Notes under the pieces: model-generated
Databases searched by the model: none
What the model was told of the DNA's origin: nothing
What the model saw: the letters and a program-made list of their open reading frames with translations, nothing else
Assembly: GCA_023476545.1 (NCBI GenBank)
Contig: JAMCYP010000014.1
Coordinates: forward strand, 2,297 to 66,296
Source of the DNA: Candidatus Marsarchaeota archaeon
GTDB taxonomy: Archaea > Micrarchaeota > Micrarchaeia > Micrarchaeales > CABMGC01
DNA length: 64,000 nucleotides
Direction: 5' to 3'
Shown: piece after piece, positions 53,774 to 62,245 of the stretch
How the letters are laid out: each line of letters opens with the position of its first letter
Position numbering within the stretch: position 1 is the stretch's first letter
Made by a program: the position numbers and the translations under genes

Positions 53774-54931
53774 TCAAGGCTGCATCCAGTCGATCTCGAA
53801 GTAGTCGTGCGCGCTTCCTTTTAGTTTTATGCGCCTGACCCTGTAGTAGGTCACTGCTGTTTCCCTGTCTGCTATCGCCAGCAGCAGGCCTAGCCCCTTG
53901 CCGCTCGCCTCGCTTATCGCATTGGACAGCTCCTGGCCGCTGAGGTACTCTTCCTCTCCCAGAGAGAGCATTGCAAATGCCGGGGGGTTTCTGCCAGGGG
54001 CGTCGGCCTCTCCCCCGTGCCTGTGGTACAGAACGTAGTCTATCTCCTTCTTCCCGCTCTTTGCCCTTCCAGGAAGGGCGAGTATGAATGTCTTGCGCAC
54101 GGAGTGCGCCACTCTTATGGCACGGGCCCATTCCGATATCAGCAGGCGTGAGTCTTTTGGAAAGACCTGGATCACATGCTTGGAGTGTGTCTGTTCGGCG
54201 TCGCTTGCGCCCATAGGTCTCGCCCCAGGGAAGTACACCCTGAAATGGGTTCCGAACTTGAAGCCCGTCTTTACCACGTACCCTTTCGCTCTCCAATCAC
54301 AGTACACCTCGTACAGGCTCATGAAGTCAGGGCGGCGCCCAGTTGCCAGGGACGCAACCTCCGCCCTTGTGGCATTTCTGAGGGAGAGGTCGCCGGCATC
54401 TATGAGCATCAGGGTCTCGTATACGTCAAGCTTGTTCAGGCTGCCCCTGTCCGCCGCCTTGTATGATCCGAACTGCCCTATCCAGAATCTGTCATACAGG
54501 TTCCTGCCCTTGTCCTGCTCGTCCAGTATAGAGATCATGTCGTTCTGGAAGAACGTGGCGTGGATGCTCTCCTTCGGAAGCTTCAGTGAAGAAGACGGAT
54601 ACTCTTTCGATTCTGGTTTCTGCGGTTTTTCGTACTTCCTGCCGCTTGGCACCGCGACAAGCCCGCGGTCTCTCCAATCCTTGTAGGTAAAGTACCTTGC
54701 CATGAACTTGCTTGACTTGGAGAACGCCGCGGCGATCTCTTCAAAACTCAACTCTTTTCCGGCACGCACGCATACCGCGTTTCTCATCTCGATGAGGTAT
54801 AGGGCTTCCTCAACTGAGAGGTGCTGCCCTTTCGCGCCGCGTTCTCCGTAGTGGCCCCGTCTAACTATGTCTGCTGTTGAGGCGTCGCTGACCGTTATCT
54901 CGTTCCTGCCTGACATCTCGAACCGCAACAC
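53774..54931 (-). CDS. endA: tRNA-splicing endonuclease, three-unit single-chain form (ARMAN-type, epsilon2-like)
   Basis: 385 aa. Unit 1: LSVEEALYLIE...YKDWRDRGLV. Unit 2 is a full catalytic unit: YCDWRAKGYVVKTGFKFGTHFRVY...HSKHV...VAHSVRK. Unit 3 is a structural unit: LLLAIADRETAVTYYRVRRI. Confidence 0.85.
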   Translation of the reverse strand: MLRFEMSGRNEITVSDASTADIVRRGHYGERGAKGQHLSVEEALYLIEMRNAVCVRAGKELSFEEIAAAFSKSSKFMARYFTYKDWRDRGLVAVPSGRKYEKPQKPESKEYPSSSLKLPKESIHATFFQNDMISILDEQDKGRNLYDRFWIGQFGSYKAADRGSLNKLDVYETLMLIDAGDLSLRNATRAEVASLATGRRPDFMSLYEVYCDWRAKGYVVKTGFKFGTHFRVYFPGARPMGASDAEQTHSKHVIQVFPKDSRLLISEWARAIRVAHSVRKTFILALPGRAKSGKKEIDYVLYHRHGGEADAPGRNPPAFAMLSLGEEEYLSGQELSNAISEASGKGLGLLLAIADRETAVTYYRVRRIKLKGSAHDYFEIDWMQP

Positions 54932-54999
54932 ACTACCAGCAGTATATCGCTAGCAAAGCACATATAAACTTCTAGCGCGTTTGGTCTAGTGGCGACAGT

Positions 55000-55998
55000 T
55001 TGGCAGAAAGCTATGCCTACAGGAAGAGAATGAAGCGTGCAAGGCTTGCGGTACTTACCATACTGGGTCTGAGCGTCGGCATGTTCATCGTGATCGCGGC
55101 GCTGGCCATGCTCAACGAAGGCGTTGGCAGGTTCGTCTCAACTATCGCGTCAATAAATCTCTTCTACTATGCCATTGCCCTGGCATGCGTGCTGATGAGT
55201 AGCGCTGTGGGTTTCCCTAAGTGGAGCATGTTTGTACACAAGCTTGGGATAAAGATAAACTGGAAGAAGAACTTCGCGATCTACCTCTCTATGTTTTCGA
55301 TGGACATAACGCCAGGGAGGTGGGGGCGCGCGGTTGTCGCATACACGATCAATAGGATAACAGGTGTAAGGTTCGGGAAGACGTTTCCTGCAGTGGTGGC
55401 AGACATACTCACCGACTTCCTGGGATTCATAGCTGTCGCAGTTGTTTTCTCATTCCTCGTGCATGATTACACAGTGGTATCTGTGGTCATAAGCATACTC
55501 CTTCTGATACCGTTCATCTTCATCTACGTCAGGCAGCCATACGAGTGGGTGAAGAAGAAGCTGCGCAGGATGAAGACGCTGCGCGGCATCTTCAAGGTGG
55601 CTGATCTATACTTCAGGAGCAGCCGGTCCCTTGATGCTGGAACCTATGCTTATGCTATGGTGTTTACAATACCGGCAGTTGTCCTGAGCAGCCTGGCACT
55701 ATATTTTGTGATACTCAGCTTCGGAATCGGAATATCCCCAGACCTGCTCCCCACCATTCTGTTCATTTACACATCGTCGTTGCTAATTGGAATGGTGACT
55801 GGCATACCAGGCACGCTCGGAGTCACCGACGCGGCGCTGCTCGGTTACCTTATCGCATTCTTCGGAGGCGCAGGGATAACGTTCGGTATCGCCTCTGCCA
55901 TAGTGATCTTCTTCAGGATAGCAAGCATGTGGTTCACGGAAGGGGTCAGTAGCGCATTTCTGTTATATACGATGCGATACTGGAGGCTTAGGAGGTAG
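55000..55998 (+). CDS. UPF0104 / LPG-synthase-TM (flippase-like) membrane protein
   Basis: 332 aa, polytopic, with ...MDITPGRWGRAVVAYTINRITG...ADILTDFLGF. TTG 55000 or ATG 55030. Confidence 0.7.
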   Translation: MAESYAYRKRMKRARLAVLTILGLSVGMFIVIAALAMLNEGVGRFVSTIASINLFYYAIALACVLMSSAVGFPKWSMFVHKLGIKINWKKNFAIYLSMFSMDITPGRWGRAVVAYTINRITGVRFGKTFPAVVADILTDFLGFIAVAVVFSFLVHDYTVVSVVISILLLIPFIFIYVRQPYEWVKKKLRRMKTLRGIFKVADLYFRSSRSLDAGTYAYAMVFTIPAVVLSSLALYFVILSFGIGISPDLLPTILFIYTSSLLIGMVTGIPGTLGVTDAALLGYLIAFFGGAGITFGIASAIVIFFRIASMWFTEGVSSAFLLYTMRYWRLRR

Positions 55999-56761
55999 AC
56001 GCGGCCCTGTCGAAGCTCTCCCTCTCGGCGAAGCTCATCTCCGCGGGAATCACTAGGGACAGCACCTTCCCCTCAAGCTCTGCGGCGTGTTGGGTCAGCT
56101 CGCCGATCTTGCTCCTCACAATCATCTTGTCGTCTCTTCCCAGGTTTGCCAATATCATGATCTCTTTTTCTGAGTTCAGCTGCGCTCCCTTCATGCCCGA
56201 AGTGGCTTTCGAAATGATGCCAGCGGCTTCCTCTATCTTCATGGGCCTGAAGCTCTTGTGCTCTATGTCAAGCAGCACCAGTGTGTGCTGCCCGTTTCTC
56301 AGGTTCCTCTCTATGGCGTCAATGAACGCTGTGGGCCTGTACCTCTCGGACCAGAAGGGGATGGTGACCGTGGGACCGAACTTATACACGTCGAGCCCGC
56401 TCTCACCTATCGCTATGGAGAAGACCGAAGGCGCGTGTATCACCCTGCATTCTATGCCCTGCCTCTTGGCTTCGTTCAGTATGATTCCGTGGGTCGTTGC
56501 GATGAGCGGGTCTCCAGGAACGAGGATCACCACCTTTGCCCCCTTTGCTGCTGCGACCGTCTTCGCAAGACCGTCTTCCAGGTCCTTCCTCACAAGCGGC
56601 GTGGGCTTCCTGCCGGCCTGCCTCTCTATGAAGTCAGCGTACTCTTTTGGGATGAACGCGGTATATGACTCGAGAAAGAGTGCGTCGGCTTCCTTTATCT
56701 CTTCCAGCGCCAGCGCTGACAGGTCCTTGTTTCCCAGCCCAAGTCCGATGAGAAAGAGCAC
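55988..56761 (-). CDS. dphB: diphthine synthase
   Basis: 257 aa: MLFLIGLGLGNKDLSALALEEIKEADALFLESYT..., VPGDPLIATTH. Confidence 0.93.
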   Translation of the reverse strand: MLFLIGLGLGNKDLSALALEEIKEADALFLESYTAFIPKEYADFIERQAGRKPTPLVRKDLEDGLAKTVAAAKGAKVVILVPGDPLIATTHGIILNEAKRQGIECRVIHAPSVFSIAIGESGLDVYKFGPTVTIPFWSERYRPTAFIDAIERNLRNGQHTLVLLDIEHKSFRPMKIEEAAGIISKATSGMKGAQLNSEKEIMILANLGRDDKMIVRSKIGELTQHAAELEGKVLSLVIPAEMSFAERESFDRAASTS

Positions 56762-56779
56762 GGAATCAACTGGCAGCGA

Positions 56780-57145
56780 CTAAGCAGCAGACAGGGAGCG
56801 TTCCCATTCCACAGCTGCTTCTTCCGACTTCTCGTCTCCCCTCTTCCGCGCAAACTCGATCAGATCCTGGCCTCCCTCCGCGGTCTCGTGAGCCAGCTGC
56901 CTCTGCTGTGCGATGTTAAGTTTGGTCTTCGCCAGCGTAACTCCTTCGATGAAGAGCGCCGAGTTGCCCTTGCGTATCGCGCCTGCGAGGAGGGGCCTCG
57001 ATATGGAACGGTCAAGGCTTCGGTTTGGGGTCTTCAGCAACTCGAATATTTCGTCCGCTGACATGTCATGTGTCGCGCTATCCAGAGTGGTCCATCCCTT
57101 GAGCAGCGCTTCTTTGGTATGCAGTATGCCGCTAGCGGTAGCCAT
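56780..57145 (-). CDS. hypothetical protein
   Basis: 121-aa ORF between radA and dphB; no motif recognised. Confidence 0.5.
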   Translation of the reverse strand: MATASGILHTKEALLKGWTTLDSATHDMSADEIFELLKTPNRSLDRSISRPLLAGAIRKGNSALFIEGVTLAKTKLNIAQQRQLAHETAEGGQDLIEFARKRGDEKSEEAAVEWERSLSAA

Positions 57146-57163
57146 GCTTACACCTGATTATCA

Positions 57164-58114
57164 TCAGTCCCTTACGCCGTCGGGCGTGATCTTTATGACG
57201 GTTTCGCCCTCAGGCATGCTGGGCGAATCAACAAGCCTGATTATCCTCTTCTCCTCCTTGCTCTTCCTGACGTAGAGCCTGGTGGTTGCCGCGTGGGCGA
57301 CCACGTTGCCTCCTACCGGAGTCGTGGGGTCCCCAAAGAGCATTCCTGGGTTGTCCATGACCTGGTTGGTTATATACACTGCAAGGGAGTAGTCGTCCGC
57401 GAGTCTCTGAAGCTTGTGTATGTGCGCGTTAAGCTTCTGCTGCCTCTCGTTGAGCGCACCCCTGCCTATGAACTCGGAACGGAACAGGGCCATGAGCGAA
57501 TCGACTATTATGAGCTTAACGTTCTTCTCCCTGATTAGCTTGTCTGCCCTCTCTATAGTGAGTATCTGCTGGTCCGTGCTGGTTACCCTGCTCACGAATA
57601 TGTTGTCCAGGACTGTCTTGGAATCAAGGCCCGCGCCTTCTGCATCGGACTTGATTCTTTCAGGCCTGAACGTTCCTTCTGTGTCAACGAACAGCACAGA
57701 TCCTCCCAGGCCTCCCTTCTCCACTGGCAGCTGTACGTTTACTGCAAGCTGGAAGCCCAGCTGCGTCTTCCCGCTGGCGAACCTTCCATACATCTCAGTA
57801 ATGCCGTTTGTCTCAACGCCCCCGCCGAGGAGCTCGTCAAGCCCCTTTGCGCTTGTGGTTATCCTACCTAGGGACTCCCTCTTCTCGAGCACGGCTGTGC
57901 CTGTCTGCACCTCAATATTGGTTGCCTCGCGCGCAGCGTCAACCGCCTTCTTTGCGTTCTCCGAGCTTATGCCCGTTACCTCTGATATCTGGTACGGGGA
58001 CGAGGCTGCCACCTTCTCTATGTTGTCGAAGCCATTAGCCCGCAACTTCTCGGCAGTGGTAGGCCCGATTCCAGGAAGGTCCTCAAGCTCATGAACGCCC
58101 TTGTCTTTTGCCAA
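57164..58114 (-). CDS. radA: DNA repair and recombination protein RadA
   Basis: 316 aa: HhH N-domain (LEDLPGIGPTTAEKL), Walker A GRFASGKTQ, Walker B LIIVDS. Confidence 0.97.
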   Translation of the reverse strand: MAKDKGVHELEDLPGIGPTTAEKLRANGFDNIEKVAASSPYQISEVTGISSENAKKAVDAAREATNIEVQTGTAVLEKRESLGRITTSAKGLDELLGGGVETNGITEMYGRFASGKTQLGFQLAVNVQLPVEKGGLGGSVLFVDTEGTFRPERIKSDAEGAGLDSKTVLDNIFVSRVTSTDQQILTIERADKLIREKNVKLIIVDSLMALFRSEFIGRGALNERQQKLNAHIHKLQRLADDYSLAVYITNQVMDNPGMLFGDPTTPVGGNVVAHAATTRLYVRKSKEEKRIIRLVDSPSMPEGETVIKITPDGVRD

Positions 58115-58205
58115 AAAAGCCCCATAGATTTAGCTCAATTTACAATATTAAAGCTTGCCCTCGGTGGGTTTATAAGAATTGGCACATCAGTAACGCTGAT
58201 GGTTC

Positions 58206-58244
58206 AAATAAAAAAAGGCCAGCACATGGTTCACATGCGCTGGC
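58206..58244 (-). terminator. hairpin (11-bp stem, 1 mismatch, 5-nt loop) followed by T7-A-T3 on the minus strand
   Basis: Stem 58218-58228 pairs with 58234-58244 (gccagcacatg/catgcgctggc). The plus-strand A-run at 58206-58216 becomes a U-tract 3' of the hairpin on the minus strand. Confidence 0.35.
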
Positions 58245-58295
58245 AAGGCGACCAGTTTCATACTTCTCCCCACAGTAGGAGGATACGTACGAGAA

Positions 58296-58320
58296 CCTAA
58301 AGGCATATGCCCTCTTTAGG
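58296..58320. promoter_or_regulatory. imperfect 25-nt dyad (CCTAAAg-GCATATGCc-CTCTTTAGG) abutting a TTTAAAAG TATA candidate
   Basis: Outer arms CCTAAA/TTTAGG and the inner 10-bp perfect palindrome GGCATATGCC were read by eye. Lies 47-71 nt upstream of ATG 58367. Confidence 0.3.
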
Positions 58321-58366
58321 TTTAAAAGACTATCTAACTTGTGGAAGTTTTCAAAAAGATGAAACG

Positions 58367-59032
58367 ATGACTAACGTATTGACCCTCGACGGTAAAGGGG
58401 CGGCGCTAGCGTTGGTTTTCGGCGTTGCGATCCTCTTTTTCGGCCGGAATTTAGGAGTGTTCTTCCTCTTCGAAATGCTTCTTTTTTTGATGCTGGCCGC
58501 ACTGGTAACCAGAGCCGGAATATACAAAAAGAAGCGCCTTGGGGTGTACGAGGCTACGCGTGGTTGGAAGAATGTAGTTGCGAACGGGCTGACGCCGCTT
58601 GCTGTATCTTTTGTCTACTTTATCAACTACAGTGCAGGGTTCTTGCCTAGGGAGACGGTTGCCATAGTATACGTTGCCAGCGTCGCTGCTGTTGCAGCTG
58701 ACAAGTTCGCCAGTGAGATAGGCATACTCGACGGGGATCCGGTGATGCTTATGAGTCTGCGACGGGTCAAAAAAGGCACATCCGGAGGCGTGAACGCGCT
58801 GGGGATTGCTGCTGCGTTAGCCGCGGCTGTTGTGATCGGGAGCGGCGTATACCTTATAGGCGGTTCGTTTGTTTCGATAGCAGTGGTTGCGGTTTCGGGA
58901 TTGGCCGGAGATATAGTGGACTCTGTGCTGGGATATTGGGAGGAAAAGAAGATCGGGAACAAGCATACTTCTAACTTCGCCTGTTCCGTTGTCGGCGCTG
59001 CTGCGTGCGTAGTCATTTTGGCGCTTTTGTAA
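58367..59032 (+). CDS. DUF92 (TMEM19-like) integral membrane protein
   Basis: AADKFASEIG...GTSGGVNALG...DSVLG blocks. Start at inner ATG 58367. Confidence 0.75.
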   Translation: MTNVLTLDGKGAALALVFGVAILFFGRNLGVFFLFEMLLFLMLAALVTRAGIYKKKRLGVYEATRGWKNVVANGLTPLAVSFVYFINYSAGFLPRETVAIVYVASVAAVAADKFASEIGILDGDPVMLMSLRRVKKGTSGGVNALGIAAALAAAVVIGSGVYLIGGSFVSIAVVAVSGLAGDIVDSVLGYWEEKKIGNKHTSNFACSVVGAAACVVILALL

Positions 59033-59112
59033 GCAGGTTTACTGCAGGAAACTTTCCCGATTTGGCATTATAAATAGGCGCGCGTTATAGTCAGATTGGT
59101 GTTTTAACGTCA

Positions 59113-60051
59113 GTGACAACCAAAAGTTTCGATGCAAAAGAAGCAATGATGTCCCGCGTGAAGAATCTTGAGGCGGACGCGCAAATCGGGATGGTAAGAA
59201 AGGTGCTCGACCACGGGGCTGTGATGCTTGTGGACTACATGGGTGGAGACGAGTCCATAGTGAGAGCAGCGAGGGTGTCATACGGAGCGGGAACAAAGAC
59301 TTTGCAGGAAGACAAGGCGCTCATAAAATACCTCCTGCGACACTCTCACACAACTCCGTTCGAGATGGTGGAGACGACCTTCTACCTGAAGATGCCGATT
59401 TTCGTAATGAGGCAGATTGTCAGGCACAGGACCGCGAACATGAACGAGATGTCGCTGAGGTACTCGATTGAGCTCGATGTTCATTACGTGCCGGAGCTTG
59501 ACGCCATACAGGGGCAGTCCTCATCGAACAAACAGGGCAGGGAGGAGAAAGGCTGGACGAAGGAGGCAAAGGAGGGGATACAGACCGAGATGCGGGACCA
59601 TGCGGAGGCGAGCTATGCCCTTTATCAGAAACTGATCCAGCAGGGTGTAGCCAGGGAGATCGCAAGATTTGTTCTGCCCGTTACATTCTACACCGAATGC
59701 TACTGGAAGATGGACCTCTGGAATATGCTCCACTTCCTCGCGCTCAGAATGGACGCACATGCGCAGTTCGAGACCAGAGAGTTCGCTAATGCTATGGCTG
59801 AAGTAGTCAAGAAAGTGGTACCTGTCGCTTTCGAAGCCTTCGAAGAGTACATAAAAGACGGGATGAGGCTCTCTAAAAAAGAAGAGACTGCAGTTGCGAC
59901 CCTGCTGAGAGGGGCTACGCAGGAAGATGCCTGCTCCGCAGCCGGGCTGACGCTATATAAGCCAGATGGGACACCGCTGATCACAGGGGAGGGGCCTGAA
60001 TTCCTGCAAAAGCTGGCGGCTATTAGGGAAAAGGAGGCAAGGAGAGGCTAG
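59113..60051 (+). CDS. thyX: flavin-dependent thymidylate synthase ThyX
   Basis: RHSHTTPFEM...RQIVRHRTANMNEMSLRYS (the RHR...SxR ThyX signature). GTG 59113 or ATG 59146. Confidence 0.93.
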   Translation: MTTKSFDAKEAMMSRVKNLEADAQIGMVRKVLDHGAVMLVDYMGGDESIVRAARVSYGAGTKTLQEDKALIKYLLRHSHTTPFEMVETTFYLKMPIFVMRQIVRHRTANMNEMSLRYSIELDVHYVPELDAIQGQSSSNKQGREEKGWTKEAKEGIQTEMRDHAEASYALYQKLIQQGVAREIARFVLPVTFYTECYWKMDLWNMLHFLALRMDAHAQFETREFANAMAEVVKKVVPVAFEAFEEYIKDGMRLSKKEETAVATLLRGATQEDACSAAGLTLYKPDGTPLITGEGPEFLQKLAAIREKEARRG

Positions 60052-60317
60052 GGGGCAGAGAACGGTTTCCATTCCTTGTGCTTCTCTAGGAAGCTGGGGA
60101 TGTACGGGCAGTCGGGCCTGACCTTGAACCCGTGGGCCCTGGCGTACTCGAAAGCGGCTATGGCGAGCTTCTCCGCTACACCCTTGCCCCTGTCAGCTTC
60201 AGGAGTGAAAGTATGGTAGAAGCTGAGCGTCTTTTCGTCTATCTTGGAGTACAGCAGCTCGGCCTCTCCGTGTTCGGTCTCGGAGTAGAATCTGCCATCT
60301 GTGTGCTTTATCTCCAT
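60048..60317 (-). CDS. small GNAT-like acetyltransferase (YjdJ/PF14542-like)
   Basis: 89 aa from ATG 60317: ...YHTFTPEADRGKGVAEKLAIAAFEYARAHGFKVRPDCPYI. The tracked longer ORF runs through tRNA-Gly. Confidence 0.72.
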   Translation of the reverse strand: MEIKHTDGRFYSETEHGEAELLYSKIDEKTLSFYHTFTPEADRGKGVAEKLAIAAFEYARAHGFKVRPDCPYIPSFLEKHKEWKPFSAP

Positions 60318-60326
60318 GTGAACACC

Positions 60327-60397
60327 TGCGCCAGCCGGGAATCGGACCCGGGTTTTGAGCTTGGGAAGCTCATGTCCGGCCACTAGACTACTGGCGC
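60327..60397 (-). tRNA. tRNA-Gly (anticodon CCC)
   Basis: Hand fold: acceptor GCGCCAG/CTGGCGC, D arm GTCT/GGAC, anticodon stem TGAGC/GCTCA, loop TTCCCAA, T arm CCGGG-TCCGATT-CCCGG (C at position 55), discriminator A. Confidence 0.88.
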
Positions 60398-60423
60398 GCA
60401 ATTGAGATTTGGCGTCAGCATTC

Positions 60424-61197
60424 TTATCTTATGTAGCTAGGGTCCCCTTTGAACTGCTGCCCCATCTCAGGAGGGAACTGCGCCTGCCTCGATTCCGCAA
60501 GCTCTCCAAGCATCTTCTCCGTCTCGCCCCTCAGCTTCTCTATGCTCCCTGGCTTTATCTGCCTGCCTATTATCTTGCTCACCACCTGGAGAACTGCCTT
60601 GGCGGAGTTGGCGTCTACATCAAGCATTCCCGTCTCGCCCATGATGCACGCGGCACCCATCTTGTGCTTCTTTGAGAACGCAACGATCATTCCCGCGGAA
60701 CCGAGGACCGACATGCCAGTGGCTTCCGTAGGAGTCACCCCGTATCCCTTTATCTTGGTCATTGTGGAGGGATCGGTTGCGAGTCCGAACACCTTGGGCG
60801 ACTTCACGTAGTTGGCGCCCATACTGAACCCTCCTATCGTGTATATCTTGGTGCCGCCGAGGTGCTTGAAGAACTCCACTATCTTCTCGTTGACCTCATA
60901 CTGTCCCTCCGGCGTGAGGGGTTGCGCGTCTCCAAGGAGTATCACAACGTCACTCTTTCCCTGCCTGCCCTTGGCGTAGAAGAACCGGTTGCTTATCATC
61001 CTGAACGCGCCGTTCTTGAGCATCAGGATCTGGTAGGGAAAATGAGGAGAGTACAGCGTGGCGAACTTCTTTGCGCCGAGCTCCTTGCGGAGGTGTTCCG
61101 CCACGAGGCTCCCAATACTCCCTATCCCGGGCAGGCCGACGAAGAGTATTGGCTTGTTCAGCTTGGTCTTCTTGTAGTATATTTTGGTGTCTTTCAT
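60424..61197 (-). CDS. PAC2-family proteasome assembly chaperone-like protein (COG1938)
   Basis: 257 aa with PILFVGLPGIGSIGSLVAEHL...SPHFP...ILLGD... 4-nt overlap with the aIF2-alpha gene. Confidence 0.78.
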   Translation of the reverse strand: MKDTKIYYKKTKLNKPILFVGLPGIGSIGSLVAEHLRKELGAKKFATLYSPHFPYQILMLKNGAFRMISNRFFYAKGRQGKSDVVILLGDAQPLTPEGQYEVNEKIVEFFKHLGGTKIYTIGGFSMGANYVKSPKVFGLATDPSTMTKIKGYGVTPTEATGMSVLGSAGMIVAFSKKHKMGAACIMGETGMLDVDANSAKAVLQVVSKIIGRQIKPGSIEKLRGETEKMLGELAESRQAQFPPEMGQQFKGDPSYIR

Positions 61198-61949
61198 GCC
61201 CCACGCTTCGTTATGTTTATGCTCAACGTTCCCTTATATTTCTCCAGTATCTTTTCGGCTTCCTTTATCTTGCCCTCTACCACTGGATAGCTGGGCCCCC
61301 TGGCCGAGAGCTTGTAGTGAGGAGCGCCTTCGTAAAGCACGTCAACTCCTATACCCGTGACCTCCCCGAACGCCTTCTTTATCGTTGCAACGCTGCCTTT
61401 TTTGTTTATGGCTCTGAGCTCTACCGCGTAGCCAACCTCGTACTCCTTTGGCTTGACGTTCTTGGCAACTATGGCCTCGAACTCCTTTCTCACGTCGGAC
61501 TCCATGGTCGCATCGGGGAGTTTCCCCTCGACTGCAAGGTCCAGCAGCTCCGAATATGTAGGGGCGACGAGCGCTGCCTTCTTCTCTATCTCTTCTATCT
61601 TTCCCTCTTTGTGGGCTGCCTGCACCGCCTGCGTGAAGAACTTCTCGGCCCTCTTCTCAAGGTTGAACTCGTTTATCTTGTCCTTCTTCTGTTTTGAAGT
61701 TACCTTCTTGAGCGAGACGTCAAGCGCCCTCCTTGACGGGTCGACGAATACCACCTTGGCGGCGTCTCTCTGGCCCTCTTTTATGAACTCGTGTATGTTC
61801 TTTATCCAGCCGGAGGCCACCTCATTGATCGGCAGGTAGGCATCTGCTTTGTACTCTACGAGCTCGCAGTATGCCCCGTGAGGCATTATTTTTGTTATGT
61901 GCACAAGGACGATCTCCCCAACGCCCGGCAGCTCTTTCTGTATTATCAC
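61194..61949 (-). CDS. eif2a: translation initiation factor aIF2 alpha subunit
   Basis: 251 aa: N-terminal S1 domain (LPGVGEIVLVHITKIMPHGAYCELVEY...) followed by helical and alpha/beta domains. Confidence 0.93.
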   Translation of the reverse strand: MIIQKELPGVGEIVLVHITKIMPHGAYCELVEYKADAYLPINEVASGWIKNIHEFIKEGQRDAAKVVFVDPSRRALDVSLKKVTSKQKKDKINEFNLEKRAEKFFTQAVQAAHKEGKIEEIEKKAALVAPTYSELLDLAVEGKLPDATMESDVRKEFEAIVAKNVKPKEYEVGYAVELRAINKKGSVATIKKAFGEVTGIGVDVLYEGAPHYKLSARGPSYPVVEGKIKEAEKILEKYKGTLSINITKRGA

Positions 61950-61954
61950 TCTGT

Positions 61955-62236
61955 TTACCTCTTGATCTCCACTTTCTTCTTAGTCCTGCCGAAAAGCGAC
62001 CTCTGTACCGTCTTCTTACACACTGTGCACTGAAGCAATAGCACCTGTCTCTTACCCAGCTTCTTGGCCCTGATCTTCGGCTCTACACTGCCGACGTACC
62101 CTTTGATTGACCTGTTGTGCGCCAGTGTGTGCCACGCAAGTCCTCTAGGTGCCTTCTTTGAGAAAACGCTCACTTTGTGGAGCGTGTGTTTGTTACAGTA
62201 GGGGCAGTATGTCATTATTTGGTTAGCTATTTTCAT
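61955..62236 (-). CDS. rpl44e: 50S ribosomal protein eL42 (L44e)
   Basis: 93 aa with a CPYCNKH...CTVCKK zinc ribbon. Confidence 0.93.
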   Translation of the reverse strand: MKIANQIMTYCPYCNKHTLHKVSVFSKKAPRGLAWHTLAHNRSIKGYVGSVEPKIRAKKLGKRQVLLLQCTVCKKTVQRSLFGRTKKKVEIKR

Positions 62237-62245
62237 AATATCACA

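Noticed and set aside
54975-54996. tRNA-like D-arm string gcgcgtttggtctagtggcgac upstream of the 55000 gene
   Set aside because: No anticodon arm, T arm or acceptor complement follows, so it is not a tRNA.
58091-58300. 69-aa + ORF in the radA-DUF92 spacer
   Set aside because: It starts inside radA antisense, has no start context and has low-complexity ends. The spacer is better explained by the regulatory or sRNA elements described in the findings.
60318-60401. 5' extension of the GNAT-like ORF (117-aa version)
   Set aside because: It reads through tRNA-Gly(CCC). The conserved domain starts at ATG 60317.
60424-60440. Possible HbYX proteasome-docking motif at the C-terminus of the PAC2-like protein (ends ...PSYIR)
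   Set aside because: The Tyr is antepenultimate, not penultimate, so it is not a canonical HbYX.
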